DNA from: an uncultured Methanosarcinaceae archaeon
GTDB taxonomy: Archaea > Halobacteriota > Methanosarcinia > Methanosarcinales > Methanosarcinaceae
DNA: 64,000 bases
NCBI GenBank assembly: GCA_963733675.1
Contig: CAVTET010000003.1
Span: 384,001-448,000, forward strand
Direction of reading: 5' to 3'
In this document: positions 56,639-64,000 of the stretch, in pieces
How the letters are laid out: every line of letters starts with the position of its first letter
How positions within the stretch are numbered: position 1 is the stretch's first letter
Notes under the pieces: generated by a model
The model's database searches: none
What the model was told of the DNA's origin: nothing
Seen by the model: the letters and a program-made list of their open reading frames with translations, nothing else
Position numbers and translations under genes: made by a program

Positions 56639-56899
56639 AATCCTATATGATTTTTCCTCCCGACCGAAAAAATAACGCGAATAAAAATAATTTGTTTATA
56701 TTCAAAATCCACTTGATCCTCAATGTCCAAGTTATAGTTTTGATCCCATATCCTTGGCACAAAACAGAAAGCATTTTCCTGATAGATAAACAGCCACTGA
56801 AACATCTTCATAAAAAGGAAATTCAGAGAGGTCGATTTCCAAGAATAAATAAAGTCATCATCAACTACATTTAAAAACGAAATAAGTTTATACAGCATA

Positions 56900-57515
56900 C
56901 AGAATGAAGAGAACTTTCAAACGGTGCTAAAAGTGCATATAAAGACGGAACCTATGTAAAAAAATTATGAAGTCCTACTTTGGATATAAACTTCATAGCA
57001 TAATAGACAAGGATTATGAACCTATCAGAAGATTCAAAACAACAATGTATAACTTCATGATTCGTATGTAAATTTACTAGAAAAAAATGAAGTTGTTTAG
57101 AGACAGAGGATTCTTTTGATCAGAATAAAAAGTTCATGATGCAGCAATGAAATAAGCAGTAAAAGAATATTATGTGGGAATGGGCGATAAATTAAGAAGC
57201 AAGATATAATCTCAAAAAAGCTAAAATGAGACGGTTTATGCAGTAACTAAATAGAAATTCAAATACTGGGAATTTCTTGTCATTAATGTTAAAAAAGTGA
57301 ATCTGAAGATGTTGTGTAAAGCTTTTTGTTATAATCTTTACCAGTCGATAATAGATAAATAATAAAATGAATAGTTTAAGGAGATATGAAGCCCGCTTTA
57401 AAATCAAAGGATAATGAACAGGGAAAGTAAAAATTAGATTAAATACGAATTTAGGTAGAAAGATCTGGACCGGATTCACTCAAATAAAAAAAATTGGAAA
57501 TAAATCGGAATCCTT
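56900..57515 (+). mobile_element. IS5-family relic, transposase C-terminal half and degenerate right IR
   Basis: KDGT...KSYFGYKLHSIIDKDYE.IRRFKTT...RDRGF; ends AAAATTGGAAATAAATCGGAATCCTT then TATA, like the MITE right end. Confidence 0.65.
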
Positions 57516-57829
57516 TATAGTTATATCATTTATAGGCGTAATAATTTTAATAATATTAATATATAGTTTGGATATCTCACCAGATCACAAGGTAAAACAT
57601 GATTGTGGATATCAATTTAGCAATCAAAATTAAAAAATTATCTAGTAACGATGAAAATTTCATTTTTAGTTAACACCTTCGAACACATAGAATTAGAACA
57701 ATACTATTTTTCAATGAAAAAAGGAAGAACCAGTCAGATTCTTACGAGTTGCGTAGCAAAAGGAGGGGGATTCGCATATTCTTTTTTGAATATTTTCATT
57801 TTACTCTTATCGAAATAGGGCGTTACAAA

Positions 57830-58209
57830 TTAGAAAATGTTATATATATTTGATACGTTTAGACTTTGTTTATTGTTCATTATCCATCGATAGCGACCTC
57901 TGTTCACGATTAAGGTTTCAATCGTTGGCAAAGCAGTTATTTGAGCTAAGGGAGTAAAAACGATTTTGAAGAGTAAAAGGCCCTTAAAAAATTTTTAAGA
58001 GGAAATACAACCTTAAAAAGGTCCCTATTTGAAAAACGTTGATATGGCATAGAGTATTCATAAAAAAGTGTAAAATCGTCACTGCCTCAAAAAACTTATT
58101 TGACGATATGATTTGGAGCAAACGCAAGAAAAATTGGACTAATTAATACCCAAAATTGTAATCGTCTTGGTGAAAATCACTTAAAATAAATTTAGGAGGA
58201 AAAGCTCAT
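57830..58209 (+). promoter_or_regulatory. cdh promoter (BRE/TATA) and long 5' leader
   Basis: GAAAA-TG-TTATATATA at ~57833-57848, ~360 bp before cdhA; inverted repeats in the leader; AGGAGG RBS; long cdhA leaders are known in Methanosarcina. Confidence 0.6.
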
Positions 58210-60636
58210 ATGAGCAAGCTAACTACCGGGAGTTTTTCTATAGAAGATCTGGAGTCTGTTCAGATCACTATCAATAATATTGTAGGAGCAGCAAAAGCGG
58301 CTGCTGAGACGGCTGTTGAGAAAACAGGTCCTACAGGTCCCATGGGTCCGACTCCATTCCCGTCAATTGCAACATTAAGGGACTGGAATTTTACTTTATT
58401 CGATCGCTATGAGCCTGTCTACACTCCAATGTGTGACCAATGTTGTTACTGTACCTTCGGACCGTGTAACCTGGAAGGCAACAAGAGAGGTGCTTGTGGT
58501 ATTGACATGAAGGGTCAGACTGCAAGAGAGTTCTTCCTACGTTGTATAACGGGTTGTGCATGTCACAGTGCCCATGGACGCCATATTCTCAATCACCTGA
58601 TCGAAGTTTTTGGAGAGGACATGCCGATTAATATGGGTGCATCAAATGTAATTGCTCCCAATATTCAGCTTGTCACAGGTATGCAGCCTAAGACTCTTGG
58701 CGACCTCAAACCCATACTGGAATATGTAGAAGAAGAGCTAGGCCAGCTGCTTGCAACCATACACGCAGGACAAGAAGGAGCTGCAATCGATTATGACAAC
58801 AAGGCAATGTTTGCTGGGATGCTTGATCATGTTGGTATGGAAGTTTCCGATATCGCTCAGGTTACTGCACTTGGCTTCCCAAAGTCTGATCCGGATGCCC
58901 CTCTAGTGGAAGTCGGTATGGGGACCCTCGATCAAACGAAACCAGTTATAATTGCCATCGGACATAATGTTGCTGGTGTCACCTATATCATGGACTACAT
59001 GGAAGACAATAAACTGACTGACAAGTTGGAAATCGGAGGTCTTTGTTGTACCGCATTCGATATGACCAGGTATAAAAGAGAAGACAGGCAAGCTCCATAT
59101 GCAAAGATCGTCGGTACCATTTCTAAGGAGTTAAAGGTAGTACGCTCCGGAATTCCTGACGTAATCGTTCTTGATGAACAGTGCGTAAGAGCTGATCTTG
59201 TTGAGGAGGGCCAGAAACTTAAGATCCCTGTCATCGCATCCAATGAAAAGATTATGTATGGTCTTCCAGACAGGACCAATGATGACGTCGATGCAATCGT
59301 CAAAGACCTTGTATCTGGCAAGATCCCAGGCTGTGTGATGCTGGACTACGAGAAACTCGGAGAACTTGTGCCCAAAGTTGCTCTTGCAATGGCCCCTATC
59401 CGCGATGCAGAAGGACTCACAGCTATACCTACCGACGAAGAAATGAAAGAGCTAGTTTCCAAGTGTGTAGAATGCGGAGAATGTACACTTGCATGCCCAG
59501 AAGAGCAAGCAATCCCCGAAGCAATTGCATTAGCTAAAGAAGGAGATTACTCTGCTCTCGAAGAGATACATGACGCTTGTATAGGCTGCCGCAGGTGTGA
59601 ACAGGTCTGCAACAAGGAGTTACCTATCCTTAGCATGATCGAGAAGGCTTCTTTGAAAGCAATCTCAGAAGAGAAGGGATTGGTAAGAGCCGGAAGAGGT
59701 CAGGTAAGTGATGCCGAAATCAGGGCCGAAGGTCTGAATCTGGTTATGGGTACTACTCCTGGTGTCATTGCAATTATTGGATGTTCAAATTACCCTGCAG
59801 GCACCAAAGATGTGTATAATATCGCAGAGGAATTCCTCAATAGGAATTACTTGCTTGCGGTTTCCGGATGTTCCGCAATGGACATTGGTATGTTCAAAGA
59901 TGCCGATGGCAAGACTCTTTACGAGAGATTTCCAGGAAGATTTGAAAAAGGTAATATCCTTAATACTGGATCATGTGTCTCAAATGCACACATTTCGGGT
60001 ACAGCCCATAAGGTCGCTGCAATCTTTGCAGGGAGAAACCTCTCTGGCAATCTTGCCGAGATCGCCGATTACACACTCAATCGTGTCGGTGCAGTAGGAC
60101 TTGCATGGGGTGCATACTCACAAAAGGCAGCTGCCATCGGTACCGGATGTAACATATATGGTATTCCTGCAGTGCTCGGTCCCCACAGTGGTAAGTATAG
60201 AAGGGCTCTGATAGCGAAGACCTACGACGACAGTAAATGGAAGGTTTACGACAGCAGAAACGGTTCTGAAATGGCCATTCCACCATCTCCGGAGTTCCTC
60301 ATCACCACTGCTGAGACCTGGCAGGAAGCCTGTGTAATGATGGCAAAGAATTGCATTCGCCCTTCCGATAACAGTATGGGCAGATCCATTAAGTTAACCC
60401 ACTGGATAGAACTTAGCGAGAAGTACCTTGGTATCATACCCGAAGATTGGTGGAAATTTGTCAGGAATGAAGCTGATCTCCCACTCGCCAAGCGTGAAAT
60501 GCTCCTGAAGAAGCTTGAATCCGAGCAAGGATGGGAAATCGACTGGAAGAAGAAGAAGATCATTTCCGGCCCGAAGATTAAGTTCGATGTCTCTGCACAG
60601 CCGACTAACCTTAAGAGACTTTGCAAGGAGGCCTGA
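58210..60636 (+). CDS. cdhA: CO dehydrogenase/acetyl-CoA synthase (ACDS) alpha subunit
   Basis: [26 protein letters not shown], two ferredoxin-type CxxCxxCxxxC motifs, [14 protein letters not shown]. Confidence 0.98.
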   Translation: MSKLTTGSFSIEDLESVQITINNIVGAAKAAAETAVEKTGPTGPMGPTPFPSIATLRDWNFTLFDRYEPVYTPMCDQCCYCTFGPCNLEGNKRGACGIDMKGQTAREFFLRCITGCACHSAHGRHILNHLIEVFGEDMPINMGASNVIAPNIQLVTGMQPKTLGDLKPILEYVEEELGQLLATIHAGQEGAAIDYDNKAMFAGMLDHVGMEVSDIAQVTALGFPKSDPDAPLVEVGMGTLDQTKPVIIAIGHNVAGVTYIMDYMEDNKLTDKLEIGGLCCTAFDMTRYKREDRQAPYAKIVGTISKELKVVRSGIPDVIVLDEQCVRADLVEEGQKLKIPVIASNEKIMYGLPDRTNDDVDAIVKDLVSGKIPGCVMLDYEKLGELVPKVALAMAPIRDAEGLTAIPTDEEMKELVSKCVECGECTLACPEEQAIPEAIALAKEGDYSALEEIHDACIGCRRCEQVCNKELPILSMIEKASLKAISEEKGLVRAGRGQVSDAEIRAEGLNLVMGTTPGVIAIIGCSNYPAGTKDVYNIAEEFLNRNYLLAVSGCSAMDIGMFKDADGKTLYERFPGRFEKGNILNTGSCVSNAHISGTAHKVAAIFAGRNLSGNLAEIADYTLNRVGAVGLAWGAYSQKAAAIGTGCNIYGIPAVLGPHSGKYRRALIAKTYDDSKWKVYDSRNGSEMAIPPSPEFLITTAETWQEACVMMAKNCIRPSDNSMGRSIKLTHWIELSEKYLGIIPEDWWKFVRNEADLPLAKREMLLKKLESEQGWEIDWKKKKIISGPKIKFDVSAQPTNLKRLCKEA

Positions 60637-60638
60637 AG

Positions 60639-61151
60639 ATGGTTGATACCACCAAAAACACTAAACTGTTCACCACCTACGGTGTAAAGACTTCAAAAGC
60701 TATTACTACGGAAGTTGCTGCTAAGCTCATTTCAAAGGCTAAGAAGCCACTTTTAGTAGTTGGAACTGGAGTTCTCGATCCTGAAATTCTGGATCGTGCA
60801 GTGAAGATTGCAAAGGCAAAAAACATCCCAATTGCAGCAACGGGTACTTCAATGCCTGGTTTTGTCAAGAAAGATGTTAAAGCCAAATACATTAACTTGC
60901 ATCAGCTTGGCTTCTATCTAACAGATCCTAACTGGCCTGGACTTGAAGGCAGTGGTAGCTATGACACAATCATTCTACTGGGCCATAAGAAATATTATAT
61001 CAACCAGGTGTTATCTGCAACTAAAAATTTCAGTGATGTAAAAGCAATTTCAATAGACAAACATTACATCCAGAACGCAACAATGTCTTTCGGAAATCTT
61101 AGCAGGGAAGATCACATTGCTGCATTGGACGAAATAATTGACCTTTTATAA
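60639..61151 (+). CDS. cdhB: ACDS epsilon subunit
   Basis: [40 protein letters not shown]. Confidence 0.95.
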   Translation: MVDTTKNTKLFTTYGVKTSKAITTEVAAKLISKAKKPLLVVGTGVLDPEILDRAVKIAKAKNIPIAATGTSMPGFVKKDVKAKYINLHQLGFYLTDPNWPGLEGSGSYDTIILLGHKKYYINQVLSATKNFSDVKAISIDKHYIQNATMSFGNLSREDHIAALDEIIDLL

Positions 61152-61176
61152 ATTTGATTAAGGAGGCGAAAACACA

Positions 61177-62601
61177 ATGGAAGAATTCCCATTTGAGATT
61201 TCCCCAATGTTTGAAGGAGAAAGAATAAGAAAGGAAGGAATGTTCGTTGAATTAGGCGGCCCGAAATCCCTCGGGCTCGAACTTGTCCGAGCAAAACCCA
61301 TGGATGAGATTGAAGATGGTAAGGTTCAGATTATCGGTCCCGACCTTAAAGATATGGAAGAGGGCAAGACTTATCCTTGGGCAATGATCTTCAACATCGG
61401 CGGAGAACTTGTAGAAACTGATCTTGAGTCTGTTGTCGAAAGGCGTGTCCACGATTTCATTAACTACTGCCAGGGCATAATGCATTTGAACCAGAGGTAT
61501 GACGTCTGGATGAGAGTTTCCAAAGACACTGCTAAAAAGATGGACTCTTTTGAACCTTTCGGTAGAGCTGTTATGATGCTCTTCAAGACAGAACTGCCCT
61601 TTATCGAGAAAATGCAGGTTACTTTTTACACCAGCGAAGAAGACGTTAAGAAGCAGATGGAAACTGCAAAGGAAATTTTCAAGGCAAGAGACGCTAGGAC
61701 AAAAGACCTCCACGACGAAGATGTGGAAGTTTTCTATGGATGCACTCTCTGTCAGTCCTTTGCTCCGACAAACGTTTGTGTTGTGTCTCCAGACAGGGTT
61801 TCTCTATGTGGTGCTATCAACTGGTTTGATGGCCGTGCAGCAGCAAAGGTTGATCCAGAAGGCCCACAATTTGAAATAGCCAAGGGTGACCTTCTCGACG
61901 CCAATACTGGTGAATACACTGGTGTAAATGAAATCGCTAAGAAACTTTCAAGTAATGAATTTGACAAGATTAAACTTCACTCCTTCTTCGAATCACCGCA
62001 CACTTCTTGTGGCTGCTTCGAAGTAGTCGGATTTTTCATTCCTGAAGTTGATGGAATTGGCTGGGTTAACAGAGAGTATCAGGGAATGGCTCCTAATGGT
62101 ATTGGTTTCTCCACTATGGCCGGTCAGACAGGCGGTGGGAAGCAGATTGTAGGTTTCCTTGGTATCGGTGTCAACTATTTCTACTCACCGAAGTTTATCC
62201 AGGCTGATGGCGGCTGGAACAGAGTTGTCTGGCTTCCTTCGATGCTCAAGGAAAAGATAGCAGAAACCATCCCTGCAGAGATCATAGATAAGATCGCAAC
62301 CGAAAAAGATGCAGAGGACATTCAGTCTCTGAAAGCCTTCCTCCAGGCGAAGAATCACCCGATAGTTGCTACCTGGGTAGCTGCTGAAGAAGAAGAGGAA
62401 GAAGAAGAGGAAGAAGAAGAGGAAGTAGCTGTCACAGCAGCTCCAGGGATGATGCCGTCTGCTGGCTACCAGATGCCTGCAATGGCTTCAATGCCAATGG
62501 CAATGCCAATGATGTCTGCTGGCAAAACTGGTGGAATAAAGATCACCTTCAAGAAGGCAAAGATATCCATTGAAAGAATGGTCATCAGCGAGAAGAAGTA
62601 A
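61177..62601 (+). CDS. cdhC: ACDS beta subunit (acetyl-CoA synthase)
   Basis: YGCTLCQSFAP, DRVSLCGA, PHTSCGCFE A-cluster motifs; poly-Glu linker. Confidence 0.98.
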   Translation: MEEFPFEISPMFEGERIRKEGMFVELGGPKSLGLELVRAKPMDEIEDGKVQIIGPDLKDMEEGKTYPWAMIFNIGGELVETDLESVVERRVHDFINYCQGIMHLNQRYDVWMRVSKDTAKKMDSFEPFGRAVMMLFKTELPFIEKMQVTFYTSEEDVKKQMETAKEIFKARDARTKDLHDEDVEVFYGCTLCQSFAPTNVCVVSPDRVSLCGAINWFDGRAAAKVDPEGPQFEIAKGDLLDANTGEYTGVNEIAKKLSSNEFDKIKLHSFFESPHTSCGCFEVVGFFIPEVDGIGWVNREYQGMAPNGIGFSTMAGQTGGGKQIVGFLGIGVNYFYSPKFIQADGGWNRVVWLPSMLKEKIAETIPAEIIDKIATEKDAEDIQSLKAFLQAKNHPIVATWVAAEEEEEEEEEEEEEVAVTAAPGMMPSAGYQMPAMASMPMAMPMMSAGKTGGIKITFKKAKISIERMVISEKK

Positions 62602-62664
62602 TCGAAATAATTGAGTGACGAACGGGTTATCGCCTAAGACAAAAACAATCGGATGAGGTATTGT

Positions 62665-63426
62665 GTGACTAAAACAATTGCAATAACAGGAAAAGGTGGG
62701 ACTGGCAAGACAGCGGTATCAGCTCTTATGATCCGCTCCCTTTCCAAAAAAGGGAAGTCTATACTGGCAGTTGATGCAGATGCAGACACTAACCTGCCCG
62801 AGACTCTTGGCTGCGAGACAGTAAAAACAGTAGGGGATGCAAAAGAAGCTCTCCAGGCTGAAATTACAAAACCGAGGCCTGATAATCCTGATATGAATAA
62901 GGAATCCATACTCAAGAGCAAAGTCTATGAGATTATCGAGGAAATGCCTGGCTACGACCTTCTTGTTATGGGCAGGCCCGAAGGTTCAGGTTGTTACTGT
63001 TTCGTGAATAACCTCTTAAGAGGTATCATGGATAAGCTGGTCATGAATTATGAAGTGGTTATTATTGATGCTGAAGCCGGGCTTGAGCATTTTAGCCGGA
63101 AGATCATTCGAGACATCGATGACCTTATTGTCGTAACTGATGCCTCTAGGAGGGGATTCCAGACTGCTGAAAGAATTCATGAACTTGTAGATGAGCTGGG
63201 TTCAAATATTGGTCGAATTCACGTTATTGCAAACAAAGTTACAGAATCTAATCGGGAAGAACTTGTCAAATTGGCTGGTGACCTGAAACTTAATCTGATA
63301 GGTATGATCCCCCTCGACCATAAAATCGAGGAAATGGATATAAAAGGCGTACCCCTATTTGAAATTCCGGACGATGCGGCTGCTGCAATAGAAGTAGAAA
63401 AAATAGTACAAAAACTGGGACTCTAA
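62665..63426 (+). CDS. cooC: CooC/AcsF-type nickel-insertion ATPase
   Basis: GKGGTGKT, VDADAD, GRPEGSGCYC, DAEAGLEHFSR; GTG start behind GAGGT. Confidence 0.92.
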   Translation: MTKTIAITGKGGTGKTAVSALMIRSLSKKGKSILAVDADADTNLPETLGCETVKTVGDAKEALQAEITKPRPDNPDMNKESILKSKVYEIIEEMPGYDLLVMGRPEGSGCYCFVNNLLRGIMDKLVMNYEVVIIDAEAGLEHFSRKIIRDIDDLIVVTDASRRGFQTAERIHELVDELGSNIGRIHVIANKVTESNREELVKLAGDLKLNLIGMIPLDHKIEEMDIKGVPLFEIPDDAAAAIEVEKIVQKLGL

Positions 63427-63654
63427 CCCTAGTTCAATTACCAACACTGGATATTGTAGAAGCCGTGCCGGAGAGGAGAACAAAGTTCTTGCCCGTTTCA
63501 AGCTTGAACATCCAAATCATTTAAAGGAACGAGCAGGGTTGCTTATGTCCCAATTCCTCTTTCCATAATGGGAAGAATCTAGAGTAAAACCTATATAATA
63601 TCTTTTATTCAGTCACTCATCAGAACGGAAAACTACGGAAAAGGTGAGGTTTAC

Positions 63655-64000
63655 ATGGCAAAGAAAGTTAAATTATCAGAAGTAACAGACATGTTTAAGG
63701 GCATGGAAATATTATCCCTTGAAGGTGTAAAGATAGAAGGGGACATTGAGATTGATCTCAGTGGATTACTAGGCGGAGGCGGCTTTGACCCGATGCTTGC
63801 TGCTCTCCTCGGACAGGAGAGTGCAATGCTTGCACAGCACTTCGCAAGAATTGCTGGTATGTTCGGCGTTCCTGTAGGCATGGGTGCCCCTGCAGCAGCA
63901 GGAACAGTCGCTCCTGGTATATCCCCGGCACTAGCAGCTCCGAAACTTAAAGACCTTATTTCTGCTAAATTCGATGTCGCAAAAATCGCAGAATGGACAA
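63655..64000 (+). CDS. cdhD: ACDS delta subunit, 5' part (runs off the window)
   Basis: [35 protein letters not shown]...; GGTGAGG RBS; expected position in the cdh operon. Confidence 0.9.
   Translation, partial: MAKKVKLSEVTDMFKGMEILSLEGVKIEGDIEIDLSGLLGGGGFDPMLAALLGQESAMLAQHFARIAGMFGVPVGMGAPAAAGTVAPGISPALAAPKLKDLISAKFDVAKIAEWT

Noticed and set aside
62386-62424. GAA/GAG microsatellite
   Set aside because: It encodes the usual poly-Glu linker of CdhC.
23347-62921. Many 60-150-aa ORFs antisense or out of frame to real genes (e.g. 23347-23805, 30232-30597, 37630-37983, 61252-61713)
   Set aside because: Shadow frames of well-supported genes with no motifs or RBS of their own.
1-64000. CRISPR array
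   Set aside because: No regularly spaced 25-40-bp direct repeats with unique spacers; the MITEs are dispersed and palindromic.

Overview
AT-rich archaeal DNA, almost certainly Methanosarcina (Methanosarcinaceae), judged from the cdh ACDS operon, atwA, a PKD/PGF-pre-PGF surface protein and archaeal DUF genes. Core genes are aspC, hxlB, an oapA/oapB-like GTPase operon, eno, topA, tsr3, atwA and cdhABC-cooC-cdhD (cdhD runs off the end). They are interleaved with heavily eroded accessory DNA: three IS6 copies, IS5-family remnants and deletion derivatives, IS66, IS256 and ISAs1 relics, and about a dozen non-IS pseudogenes. Signals the ORF track misses: (1) seven ~88-bp MITEs sharing terminal repeats with an IS5 remnant, four with perfect 4-bp target duplications; (2) a 52-aa, 9-Cys desulforedoxin-like protein; (3) a 50-aa charged small protein; (4) an ATP-synthase-H-like 5' fragment coupled to a bacterial-type ycaC; (5) an oapAB-like operon with an unknown third gene replacing the Zn-ribbon oapC; (6) an atwA copy inside a DUF134/NifX/DUF169/CMD metal-redox neighbourhood; (7) two further families of dispersed non-coding repeats. 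No rRNA, tRNA or CRISPR array was seen. All family calls come from reading motifs by eye, not from database searches.
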